64,000 bases of DNA from Dendrobates tinctorius (lineage: Eukaryota), in the NCBI RefSeq assembly GCF_039654945.1, contig NW_027361773.1:11904001-11968000 (forward strand). The letters are read 5' to 3'. Both the position numbers and the translations under genes were made by a program. The notes below the pieces were generated by a model, which was not told the origin of the DNA, ran no database searches, and saw nothing but the letters and a program-made list of their open reading frames with translations. This document shows, in pieces, positions 10,096 through 22,329 of the stretch. Position 1 is the stretch's first letter. Each line of letters begins with the position of its first letter.

Positions 10096-12418
10096 GACTG
10101 TTTAGTACATGAGAGCAAATAACCAACACCTTACTTTTCAATCACATTCACCTAATAATTGCATTGTAAATAAATTGATACATGATCTCTCCACTGGATA
10201 ATGTGAAAAAAATTAATTATCGGCAAATGCGGTTGCTGCACCCCACCTATAGTTCAAAAAAATCACATCCATGTGTGGCATATCCTAGGAATACCTATTG
10301 GCTTGTTACAGTTGCATGCACAGTCTCAGAAGTGGACCAAAGGAACCACTATTTATCAGAGGAAGTTTTTTTATGTTTTCTTTGTACATTTGAACAATAT
10401 ACTAAAACAGGCAGCGCACTCATCAAAAAGCAGCCTTATTGCTTATAAATAGCGGAATTTATATAAGCTTTGCAACAAACAGACTCTTGGTGCCTTTTGG
10501 TTTGCAGCTTGCTGTCCTCCTCCTTGTACGTACTAAGCTTCAGATCTGAACATCTTGTTCATAGTGTTAGTTTGCCAGAATTTTAAAGCTAAACTGCAGT
10601 GATATCACTGCTGGCTACAAGATCTGTATGGGGACGTAAATCAAGCAGCGCACGACATGTCGATAGCAAAACTAATTTAGTCTTCTGCATATGTATACTA
10701 GCCTGATGCCATCTTACATCACATTACTGACCATTCAGTTTGGAAATTAAAGGTAACGTAACGAACAATGTTAACATGACAGAAATATATATAATGGGCA
10801 ACACTGCAAACTAAAATGCTGAAGCCTCCATACTATCATAAGCTCACAAGCTAATTAGGTGTCCAAATAACATTTACAATTAGATTTGTATCTGATTACT
10901 TAGCAGATTTCATGCCAAAAAAGTGTACCTCCAGCCAAAAACTAAAACTTGACTGTGCTACCGAATCATAGGCACTTACTAAATCCAGTATTACTTTCTG
11001 TATTTAAAGGACACCTATTAACGCCCTGGAAACTTCATGAGTTACAAGACGACCAAAATATAATCCTTTAAAAAATATTTTTAATGACAAAATATAACAA
11101 ATTCCATCTCTAATTTAGTAAAAAGAAAGCTGTGGTCATTTAAGAGATCTTGACGGCTTTGAGGACTAACTGCTTCTGAGCTGGGAGACACCACAGTGTG
11201 ACAGGAGAATATAAGTTGAATTAATTTTGAATTTTGCGAAAAAAGGTTTCTATTCAGCTAAATCCAAATGAGTTGTGATTTGTTTTATGTGAATACAGCA
11301 AAATTTCAGCTGGCTAGCTGCCATATTACTGGAATGCAGTGGGTTGTGAAAGGAGTCAAAATATATAAAAAAATGGCATCCTCAACATGACCATTCACCT
11401 GTCTCACCATCGCAGCATCCCTTGCTGTCCTCTGCTGGCTTCCACCAGCTCCTCTCTCTTTTTGTCTTCATGGCAGGTGACGTCCTCTCTTACACTCTGT
11501 GTAGGGGCTTCTCGCACTGAGTAGGTCTTGGGCAATGCACATTGTAATGTCCTGACGTTTTGTGCTAGAGATTCTTAGACTTAGAATTTTTTTAAAAAAA
11601 TGGAAAAAATAAAAAGTTAAAAAAATATCCTTTTCAGTCATCTGTGATCAAGCATGCCGTTCTGTGCAGAACACTGACTCAAACTGTTGGTGTGGCTGTT
11701 AGAGGTAACACATCCAGCTGTGAGTGAGACAAGTATTGTGCCAAATGTTCCATAATGCCCTGAGCTTCTTCCCCACTAATATGCTTGCTGGAGGCAAAAG
11801 AGGCCTATTGTAGCCCTCAGTTGGTGGTATTACTGCCTGGATGGCTGGTGCCCATAATGGTGGTGGTGCTTCTGCTGCTGCTGATAGTGACTCCTGTATA
11901 CTAATTTTTTACATTTTATTTTTTATCATATTTTTGTGTTTTTTTATTACAATTATTTTCTTACCCACCCTTAAACTAACCTTAGTCCTAATGCTAGCAT
12001 TATTAGTATCTATAGTCCTAACCCTAATCCTAGTCCCACCCTTATTTTGAGATAGAAGAAATATGTAAAAACTTAAAATTTATTACAAAAAAATTGTTTT
12101 TTTTCAAAGGAGTCAATGTTTTAAACTTGAGCAGCACTCCCAGCAGGTTTCTCTGTCCTATCACAAAATTACTATTGAGAGGAGAGTCACAGAGCGGTGG
12201 GAGAGCCAAATGCAGCTGTTGTAATTTATGTTGCTTTCTATGCAGTGCGCAGCAGTCAAGAATATTTTGTTATCTGCTGCTGTGCTCTACATTGGCGGGG
12301 GCTCAGACTGCAAAGTTCACTACATCATATTGCGAGCAAAGTTACCTTGTGAAGGCTTCTTCATGGGCAATGCTGTGATCCTAGTCCGGGACTATGGTAT
12401 GGGGTAACATGTTGCTAA

Positions 12419-12781
12419 GGCCTCATACCCATTGGCGATTAAAAAAACGGTCCGATTTCTGGACTGGAAAAAAGGGTGGAGTGTTATGCCAGTGTCATGC
12501 GATTTCTATGCCACACCACACCACAGAATGGTGATGTATCCGTTAAAAACGGATGGAAAACGGATGGTCCATTTTTGGTCTGTTTTTTAATCACACCCAT
12601 TGACTTCTATTGGCAAAAACGCTGCAAATCACAGCATGCTGCGATTTTTTTCTCAGACCAATTTTGACTGAGAAAAAAATCGCAAGTGAGATGTCACCCA
12701 TTCACTAACATGGGTCAGAGTGCAATCCGATTAAAAATCAGATTGCAATCATACGATTTTATCGCCAGTGAGCATGATGCC
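12419..12781. mobile_element. PIF/Harbinger-type MITE
   Basis: taa-GGCCTCATACCCATTGGCGAT ... ATCGCCAGTGAGCATGATGCC-tta. Confidence 0.65.
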
Positions 12782-13259
12782 TTAGGCTTGATATGTGAGG
12801 TCTAATTTATCTTGCAGGATAGAAAGGATTGATCATAGAGAAAGTGGAATGGCCATTTCTCCAAAGTGCCCAAGGAGCAATATTTCAACATGACAAAGTC
12901 CGGTTGCATGCTATTCAAGCTACTGTGAGGAGCCTGCTTGGCCTAAACGTGTTACCATGGCCAGTGGCATCTCCAGACTTGTCTTCCATTGAGCAGATCT
13001 GAGATGTCAAGGACTGTATATATATTTCTGTTCAGGATGCTCTGACTCAATACTGAATAAATCGAGATGTTTTAAAATTTTTAATCGATTTTATCATCAT
13101 TTGCATATCATTAATTGATCCTGTGATTTTCATGATTCTACGACTTTCTCTGTTTGCTGTTGAAATTTTAATGTTGAAAAGTGTGTATAATTGTATGTAT
13201 GCCAGTGAACTCAAACCCAATTGATTAAAAAGTATAACATTCCAAATTTGTGCTATATA

Positions 13260-14480
13260 CACTCACTGGCCACTTTATTAGGTACACCATGCTAGTAAGG
13301 GGTTGGACCCCCTTTTGCCTTCAGAACTGCCTCAATTCTTCGTGGCAGAGATTCAACAAGGTGCTGGAAGCATTCCTCAGAGATTTTGGACCATATTGAC
13401 ATGATGGCATCACACAGTTGGCGCAGATTTGTCGGCTGCACATCCCTGATGCGAATCTCCCGTTCCACCACATCCCAAAGATGCTCTATTGGATTGAGAT
13501 CTGGTGACTGAGGAGGCCATTTGAGTACAGTAAACTCATTGTCATGTTCAAGAAACCAATCTGAGATGATTCGAGCTTTATGACATGGCGCATTATCCTG
13601 CTGAAAGTAGCCATCAGATGTTGGGTACATTGTGGTCATAAAGGGATGGACATGGTCAGCAACAATACTCAGGTAGGCTGTGGCGTTGCAACGATGCTCA
13701 ATTGGTACCAAGGGGCCCAAAGAGTGCCCAGAAAAAATTCCCCACACCATGACACCACCACCACCAGCCTGAACCGTTGATACAAGGCAGGATGGATCCA
13801 TGCTTTCATGTTGTTTACGCCAAATTCTGACCCTACCATCCGAATGTCGCAGCAGAAATCGAGACTCATCAGACCAGGCAACGTTTTTCCAATCTTCTAC
13901 TGTCCAATTTCGATGAGCTTGTGCAAATTGTAGCCTCAGTTTCCTGTTCTTAGCTGAGAGGAGTGGTACCCAGTGTGGTCTTCTGCTGCTGTAGCCCATC
14001 TGCCTCAAAGTTCGACGCACTGTGCGTTCAGAGATGCTCTTCTGCCTACCTTGGTTGTAACGGGTGGCAATTTGAGTCACTGTTGCCTTTCTATCAGCTC
14101 GAACCAGTCTGCCCATTCTCCTCTGACCTCTGGCATCAACATGGCATTTCCGGCCACAGAACTGCCGCTCACTGGATTTTTTTTCTTTTTCGGACCATTC
14201 TCTGTAAACCCTAGAGATGGTTGTGCGTGAAAATCCCAGTAGATCAGCAGTTTCTGAAATTCTCAGACCAGCCCTTCTGGCACCAACAATCATGCCACGT
14301 TCAAAGGCACTCAAATCACCTTTCTTCCCCATACTGATGCTCGGTTTGAACTGCAGGAGATTGTCTTGACCATGTCTACATGCCTAAATGCACTGAGTTG
14401 CCGCCATGTGATTGGCTGATTAGAAATTAAGTCTTAACACACAGTTTGACAGGTGTACCTAATAAAGTGGCCAGTGAGTG
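13260..14480 (-). mobile_element. Full-length Tc1 DD36E (Incomer-type) transposon
   Basis: TIR CACTCACTGGCCACTTTATTAGGTACACC at both ends; TA TSD; 1221 bp. Confidence 0.95.
13292..14332 (-). CDS. Intact 346-aa Tc1 transposase, DD36E
   Basis: HTH N-terminus; [18 protein letters not shown] with 36 residues between the second D and E. Confidence 0.95.
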   Translation of the reverse strand: MGKKGDLSAFERGMIVGARRAGLRISETADLLGFSRTTISRVYREWSEKEKKSSERQFCGRKCHVDARGQRRMGRLVRADRKATVTQIATRYNQGRQKSISERTVRRTLRQMGYSSRRPHWVPLLSAKNRKLRLQFAQAHRNWTVEDWKNVAWSDESRFLLRHSDGRVRIWRKQHESMDPSCLVSTVQAGGGGVMVWGIFSGHSLGPLVPIEHRCNATAYLSIVADHVHPFMTTMYPTSDGYFQQDNAPCHKARIISDWFLEHDNEFTVLKWPPQSPDLNPIEHLWDVVEREIRIRDVQPTNLRQLCDAIMSIWSKISEECFQHLVESLPRRIEAVLKAKGGPTPY

Positions 14481-14485
14481 TATAA

Positions 14486-14991
14486 TGTGGTAGAGTGGCT
14501 CTCTCAGCAGTACACAAAAATAAAAACAGAACACTGTCTTTTTAAGAACGTCCTTAGTTTAATAAGTGCATCATAAACTAAGAGGGGGAAAAGTAAACAT
14601 GGCCCTCAGGGTAAAATAGCAAAACAAAACAAAACACAGTCCTTCTCCTAGTAGGGATCATCCCGCTCAGAGTTAGCAACGTCCATGGTTCAGGTTCTTT
14701 AATCCAGGCACCAACACTTCCCTGGAGTGTTCCTCTCCAGATACTGAACACTGCTGTCTTTGGAGGCCAGCTACTTAAGTCCCAGACCACACCCTGGGGT
14801 GGAGATAAGGTGGACATCCTCCCACTCGCTCTGTGGATGTGCACTTAAAACTCAGCCCATTATAAAAAATTAGCTTAACCCCTCCAACACTTAGTGTGCT
14901 GAAGGAAAAACTCTGGGTTTTATATCACTGATGTGATCACGTGCAGTGAAACATATCTCCCCTCCAGCACTTTACCAGTGACTTTGTCACA
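14486..14991. mobile_element. Solo LTR (506 bp)
   Basis: TG..CA ends; 4-bp TSD ATAA. Confidence 0.75.
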
Positions 14992-15504
14992 ATAATCATG
15001 TAATTTTCTAGACAAATACTGATTTTATAGTAGTTTTTCTTTTTTTTTTCAAAGCAAAAAACATACAGTACATACTTACATTAATTTATATCATTCATCA
15101 CTGGTGGTGCACCTAATTTAAGCATTATTCAATTACGTATCAGCTACATAATATCTATGGCTCATGATTTGAATCTGAATGGATCATTCACTTGCCGTTA
15201 CTGCTTTATGACTGTTTTCTTATTTCAGAACCTATTATTTTTCCTCAGCAGCACAACACAATGTTTTATGAGGTATAATTATTTTCATTACTTTTACTCA
15301 TCATTCTAGCACTGTCATAATGGAACCTTTGAACACTACATAATAGACTGGTCTTCATCTAGTTTTTTCTTGTCTCTGTCATTATAATGTGCCATGTTTG
15401 AAAGTGTAGCTCAGAGCTCAAATTTGGGGTTATTCAGGTTGGAAAAACGAAGGCTTATTATAATGTACAAATAAATGAAAGGGCAGTACAGATCTTTTTA
15501 ATTA

Positions 15505-16232
15505 GCAGTTTACACCTAGGCCTGTCTAGATGAAAGAAAATTCCCTCCCTAACCAGCCTTGCATAAAGTTATTCAGTGAAAACGAGGTAAAAAAAAGCAT
15601 TTGTAATGTCCCCTTTTCCTATGCTATTGAGGGCTTTGACTAGTCGATGAGATGTTTAGTGTCCCCCAGACTTGTCAGCCCTCTTTCCATGCTATCATGT
15701 CCCTGAGGGCGTGATAACATAATTGCACGAGATGGCATTATTGCTAGCTGATGTAAATCTCGCACATGGGCACTGCCTATTTTGGCAGCGTCACTGCATC
15801 TCTGAAGCTGGGTGTGCGCTTTCCAGCTTCAGAGGTGCGCTATGCATGACAGGAAGCCATCTTCTGAACTTCCAGTCAACCTCAGTGCGCCTCTAAAACC
15901 AGGAAGCGTACACTTGCCTTTAGAGATGAAGTGATGCTGCTGAAACAAGTGGCGTGCATGTACAGGATTTGCATAAGCTGACAATGACGCCTGCTTGTGC
16001 AAATTATGTTATCATGCCCACAGGGGGCGGAAAAAGGGTTGACTTGTTTGAGGAAACTAATGACTAGTCAAAGCCCTCATTAGCACAGGAAAAGGAGACA
16101 TTATATTATAAATGCTTTTTTATACCTCATTTTCATTGAATAACGTTGTACAGGGCTAGTTAAGCAGGGAAATTACTCACACATAGGTGAATGCTGCTGG
16201 ATTGGAAGGCATGGGGGACCTGACAGGTTCCC
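15505..16232. mobile_element. Palindromic TTAA-type (Kolobok/T2-like) MITE, left end eroded
   Basis: Imperfect long inverted arms (gagggctttgactagtc / gactagtcaaagccctc); right end TGACAGGTTCCCT-TTAA. Confidence 0.6.
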
Positions 16233-16261
16233 TTTAATTATAATCACCGATGATGATTATC

Positions 16262-16590
16262 TATTGGCAAAGCAGTGAGACTATGGAAATCGCTGCTATA
16301 CAATGATACAATGTGGTAATGGTTGATTCAGTAAAAAAAAGTTAAAGATGGCCCTGGATGTCTTTCTCCAAAAATATAATATTACAGGTTTTGGGCACTA
16401 GATTTTGTGATATGACGTTCCCTGGAACTAGCCTGATTGCCAAATTTGTAGTTAGGCAATAATTTTTCCCCTTACATGGGGTTATTAGAATCAGCTTCAT
16501 GGGGTTTTCACCTTACTCTGGATCAACATGTTAGGTTATAAGTAGAAGACAATGGATTTATGTCTACCTTCAACCTAAAAAACTATGAAA
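16262..16590 (+). mobile_element. CR1 LINE 3' end fragment
   Basis: Resembles the ORF2 end (AVRLWKSL..LD) with a 3' UTR ending caacctaaaaaactatg. Confidence 0.55.
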
Positions 16591-16951
16591 AGGGTTATAC
16601 CCATCTCACCTGTTCACAACTGAGAAATAACAGCATCCAAACGCCAGCTATAAGAGGATGAGCTCCAAAACAACATAAAAATATAGCTACATTTCTTAAC
16701 TAGTAACAATAAACAATGATTGATAAATTCCTGTTTATGCATGTATACGTAGCAATTTCTGCAAGAGTGGAAGGAGAGAGGCAGAGAAAAATGCTCAATT
16801 AATATATGCACTAAATATAGCGTAGCTATGCTAATGTAACATTTCTACACAATTCTGACAGATGTTAGATGGTTTTTACCTAAATTCCATACTGGCTCTT
16901 TAAAAGCATCAGTCTCACTATTTTGAGAGCCCTTTGATCCTGCTTCTGAGC

Positions 16952-17850
16952 TGTAACACACCACTGTGAGGGGGGAGACTGTGAATGTGCAGCATGTAAC
17001 TGTAAGGCAGCCAGGGTGGCAGTTATGGCAACAAGCTGTAGTGTTCCCACACCCTGACGCCCCACAGATGAAGTGCAAAGTCCTTTCTGCTGCAAGTGCA
17101 GCATGTGCCACAGCACACATACAGGCTCTATCAGAGTCCGCACAGCTGTTGTCATGTCAGCTCCGCCTCCATGAGCTCTACACATCACTTCAGAGACGAG
17201 GTCCAACAGCGCAGTATATTCATCACACGGGTAGCACAGTTCATACAGAGCCACGTACACTGAACTTTCCCTGCCTTCCGGACAGGCTCTATTCTTTTTG
17301 TAATCTCTCTCTTTCCTCCTGGAATTCACTGCCATACCTCTAGTCAAACTCTGTTCTGTCCATGCCTCATTTTTCACCGCCATCTGGGCAGTCTCTTTGG
17401 ACAGTCCATGTCCCATCTGTGCCTTCCACGTCACCAGCTCCCTGTCAGCCCCTCGTCCGGTTCCAATTGGGAAAGGTGACATGAACACCATCTCAACTGC
17501 TCCCACCCTTGTCTTAGATCCCGAATCCTTCTTGGGGATGGTCCTGTTGAGCTGGTGCTCAACTGCACTATTCTCTGCCTGGGGCCTCTTACTGCTGTCA
17601 CAGCTTTATCCCCACGGACAGAAATCCTTCTGGACTTCCTACTGCATGCACCCTGCCCTGTGCAGGGTTGCCTGGGCTTCTGCCTCTAATCAGGAAGTGC
17701 CTGTCCTATATCTCCTTGCTCTGTGACCTCTCCCATTTGCTTAACCCCTATGCTGCCTGATGTAAACTAACACTCCTATCTATTCTCTAATATGCCCCCC
17801 ATTCTAATCTAACCTTGCTGTTAATTAATCCTAACCCTATGCACAGTACA
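16952..17850 (-). mobile_element. Probable decayed LTR-element fragment with gag-like remnant
   Basis: TGTAACAC start; zinc-knuckle-like HFICGASG on minus; no TSD found. Confidence 0.3.
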
Positions 17851-18099
17851 TGTGTTGGAATATGTTTGGTGCAACAACTCCATTCCTGTATATGAGTGTT
17901 TAGTTGCTAAATTTGTATGCTGTTCATAAAGTTAAAAAAAAACCTCCCAGAGGCTCACACAGGGAGAGCATATGACTGTATTACCTGTTTTTCCTGTGTC
18001 TGTGTATGAGAGAAGCAGCCTGCTGTAGATGCTGCACAGATAGAGATTCCTGATTGTTCCTCAATAAAGAAGCTCTGTTGTCACATGCTTGGAGAGTAT

Positions 18100-18607
18100 T
18101 GTTATGGTTCTGCAGCACAGGACTAGGGTAGGAGGGGGAAAACTGACCCTGCACTGCAACTAGGCGATACCCTACGATGGAGTGGGCGACCCATTCCTTG
18201 TGAATAGACCCACCGACGACCCTAAGTTAATCTCAAGCGAAGACCTATAGATAGGAGGAAGGGAGTCCCTGAAAGATCTAAGGACTGGGTACAAAAACGG
18301 GTCACCACCTAATAGAAAACAAAAAGAAGGCTGCAGAAACAAAATTAAAACAGAAACTAATAGTAGCAGAACCAGAGATCCCAGAACTGCACTAATTAAA
18401 CACACAGAAGGCAAAGCAAGGCTCCAAGCCAGACTTCAAGCGGATTAACACTGTTGTCCAGCAAGGCATGGGAGACAGGTGCAGGTTAATAAAGGGTGAT
18501 ACACTCCTCACCTGACCAAAGACAAACCTAGCACCAGGGGAAAAAGACCAGCAGCCAGAACACTACAAGAAAATGGCAGATAGTCACAAACTGAACAGAT
18601 TCTAACA
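18100..18607. mobile_element. Solo LTR (508 bp)
   Basis: TGTTA...TAACA; 5-bp TSD AGTAT. Confidence 0.85.
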
Positions 18608-19683
18608 AGTATCCTGAATAATCTGCTGCCAACAACATAACATCACAATACACAAACATTACATTTCATATTAATAAACAATGAGGTGCTGCTACCTCCT
18701 TACATAACCACAAAGAAGACCATTGCTGCTGTCTTACTACATGTTGGATTTAGCTATATAAGCAGCAATGCAAGATGGACTCCTGTGTATTATGAAGCAG
18801 CAGGTACGTGTGGAGGCTATAAGCAGCAACAGAGGAGGAGGGACTGCTGCTTTCTCTGTGTGTATGCAATAAAATATAATTTTAACGAATACAAATGAGT
18901 TGATTTCCTCTGCTTGCAGTTTATCCTTTACTAGCACCTTAGCCCTCCCCATTTAGCTGAGCTGCATGATATGCAGTGACATTTTTTAAAAAATGATTGA
19001 TAAATAAAAATATGTTGTATGTAGTAAAGTTGAGGCTACTGACAAGAGGTGAGGACAATCATTGATTAATTTGCTGACCAATGAAATGCATTGGAGAATC
19101 TGCCATGTCTGTGATTCTCTTTAGGCAAATTTATTAGAACAATAGATGAATCGGTTATCTTATTGTTCTCTACAGATCAGCGACTAAACAACATTAAAAC
19201 CTAATTGGTCTGAGCAAAACGTTTTTTCTATGATTCAGAAGATGTATAGATGATATATAGAATTAACATTTGTTAGAGAAGATGCTTAGGGCTCGCTCAC
19301 ATCGGTGTAACAAAAATGCTCTGATGTTGATCCAGAAAAGTAGGACGAGTGTCATTCGAGTGTAGTGCGTATTTTATGCAAGTGCAATGTGAATGTGTGA
19401 TTTTTTTTCTCACCTGGCATAAATATGACATCCGTATGCAATGAGTTTTTAACATCTTTTTTACATACTGTACTTCTCTATTTAATTTAAAGCCAGTTTA
19501 GAAAATTAATAAAACAATTTTATATAGAGCTATAGATAGAATAGATGGATGTCCTGTAGATACAGTTGTGCTCAAAAGTTTACATACCCCAGCAGAATTT
19601 TTGCTTTCTTGGCCTTTTTTCAGAGAATATGAATGATAACACCAAAACTTTTTCTGCACTCATGGTTAGTGGTTGGGTGAAGC

Positions 19684-20493
19684 TGTAAAGGAGATACGTT
19701 CGTTGAATGCAGTGGAGAGCCAGAGACAGAGAAGGGGTTAACAGGATTTACTGAACAGGCAATTGAACAAGAAATACTCCACGCAGGGAGTCATGACTAG
19801 TAACAGCAATGACGGGAATCACGAACAAACACAATGCACGAGAGAAAAATATACAAAAAACAAAGTAACCTATCACTTGCAGTTCTTGCAGGGGAAAGGA
19901 TGGAAAATCTCCCAAAGGCGTTGCAGATTATGAACAAAGTCTCTGGCTCTATTACGGAGGAACGAGAAGCACTGCTTCCCGACGGTGATGATGTATCCAG
20001 TTTGGCTTGGCTTGAGTGCGCTGGAATGTGGAAACTGACCCTTGTGTAGATTCCTCAGGAATGGTGTCGGACAAGAATCGTAGGCATGCTTACAGACCAC
20101 GGCAGCAGGCGGTCTTCCGGAATAGTTTGTAGCAATGGAGTGGATAAGCTTATCTGCAACTGCAGGAAGGACAGACCTGTCCAGGAAACATGGTTAGGCG
20201 GTAACTCAGTAGCGTAACAATCAGTCTTGGAGTCAGTACACTGAGGGATGAATGGCGTGGAGTTGTCAGCCAGAGCAGCGGAGAGGGAGTCAACCTTTTC
20301 CTGTCATTTTCCCACCATGTCGGACCCGTTCCCACACTCAGTCCTCTTTATATTCCCCGTGCCCCCTGCTGTCCAGCATGAAGGTCCTTCCCCCAGGAAA
20401 AGCCTCCCCTGGCAGCAGTGGTGACAGTGCCGATAGTTCAGGCCTTAAAAGGCACCATAAACTGCTGACTCTGTCTCGGCTCATCTACTTACA
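19684..20493. mobile_element. Solo LTR (810 bp) inserted in the Tc1 TIR
   Basis: TGTAA...TTACA; TSD AAGC; the TIR rejoins as gggtgaagc|catttattgtc. Confidence 0.88.
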
Positions 20494-22329
20494 AAGCCAT
20501 TTATTGTCAAACTACCATGCTTTCTCTTTTTAAATCATAATGACAACCCAAAACATCCAAATGGCCCTGATCAAAAGTTTACATACCCTGGCGATTTTGG
20601 CCTGATAACATGCACAGAAGTTGACACAAATGGGTTTGAATGGCTACTAAAGGTAACAACCTCACTTGTGACCTATGACAAATGCTACGAAAATTGTTCG
20701 GGATGGAAAGAAAAACCCACAACTAACATCAGCTGAAATACTGGACTCTCTGAAAACTAGTGGTGTGGCTATTTCAAGATGCACAATAAGGAGGCACTTA
20801 AAGAAAAATGGCCTGCATGGTCGAATCGCCAGAAGAAATCCAAATGACCCTGATCAAAAGTTCACATATCCCATTTCTTAATACCGTGTATTGCCCCCTC
20901 TAACATCAATGACAGCTTGAAGTCTTTTGTGGCAGTTGTGGATGAGGTTCTTTATTTTTTCAGATGTTAAAGCTGCCAACTCTTATGGACTGTCTAGCAT
21001 GAACTGCGCGCTTGAGATCTCCCCAGAGTGGCTCAATGATATTGAGGTCAGGAGACTGAGATGGCCACTCCAGAACCTTCACTTTGTTCTGCTGCAGCCA
21101 ATGACAGGTCGACTTGGCCTTGTGTTTTGGATTGTCATGTTGGAACATCCAAGTAAATACCATGTGCAGCTTCCCGGCTGATGATTGCAAATTTGCCTCC
21201 AGTATTTGCTGATAACGCGCTGCATTCAGCTTTCCTTCAACTTTGACCAAGATTCCTGTACCTTTGTAGCTTACACATCTCCAAAACATCCACTTATATG
21301 CTTTACAGTAAGAATGGTGTTCCTTTCATCATAGGCAAGGTTGACCTCTCTCCAAATGTAACATTTATGGTTGTGGCCAAAAAGTACGATTTTGGTCTTA
21401 TCACTCCAAATTACCTTTTTCCAGAAATTTTGAAGCTTGTCTCTGTGCCGTTTTGCATATTGTAGGCAAGATACTTTGTGGCATTTGCGCAGTAATGGCT
21501 TTCTTCTAGCGACTCAACCATGCAGCCCATTTTTCTTCAAGTGCCTACTTTTTGTGCATCTTGAAACAGCCACACCACTAGCTTTCAGAGAGTCCAGTAT
21601 TTCAGCTGATGTTATTTGTGGGTTTTTCTTTGCATCCCAAACAGTTTTCCTGGCATTTGTCACAGGTCACAGGTGAGGTTGTTACCTTTAACCCCTTCAC
21701 CCCTAAGGGTGGTTTGCACGTTCATGACCGGGCCAATTTTTACAATTCTGACCACTGTACCTTTATGAGGTCATAACTCTGGAACGCTTCCATTGATCCC
21801 GGTGATTCTGACATTGTTTTCTCATGACATATTGTACTTCATGTTAGTGGTAAAATTTCATTCAAATAACTTGCGTTTATTTGTGAAAAAATTGGAAATT
21901 TGGCAAAAATTTTGAAAATTTCGCAATTTTCCAACTTTGAATTTTTATGCCCTTAAATCACAGAGATACGGCACACAAAAAACTTGATAAGTAACATTTC
22001 CCACATGTTTACTTTACATCAGCACAATTTTGCAACCAAAATTTTTTTTTGTTAGGAAGTTATAAGGGTTAAAAGTTGACCAGCGATTTCTCATTTTTAC
22101 AACACCATTTTATTTTTAGGACCACATCACATTTGAAGCCACTTTGAGGGGTCTATATGATAGAAAATACCCAAAAGTGACACCATTCTAAAAACTGAAC
22201 CCCTTAAGGTGCTCAAAACCACATTCAAGAAGTTTATTAACCCATTAGGTGCGTCACAGGAATTTTTTTGAATATTTAAAAAGAAATGAACATCTAACTT
22301 TTTTTCACAAAAAAAATACTTCAGGTTCA

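Noticed and set aside
11841-12050. Hydrophobic 69-aa ORF
   Set aside because: T-rich low complexity plus a degenerate CCCTAA tract
12918-12957. Hammerhead-like trace (tgaggagcc...ggcctaaacgtg)
   Set aside because: Core too degenerate and no helix I
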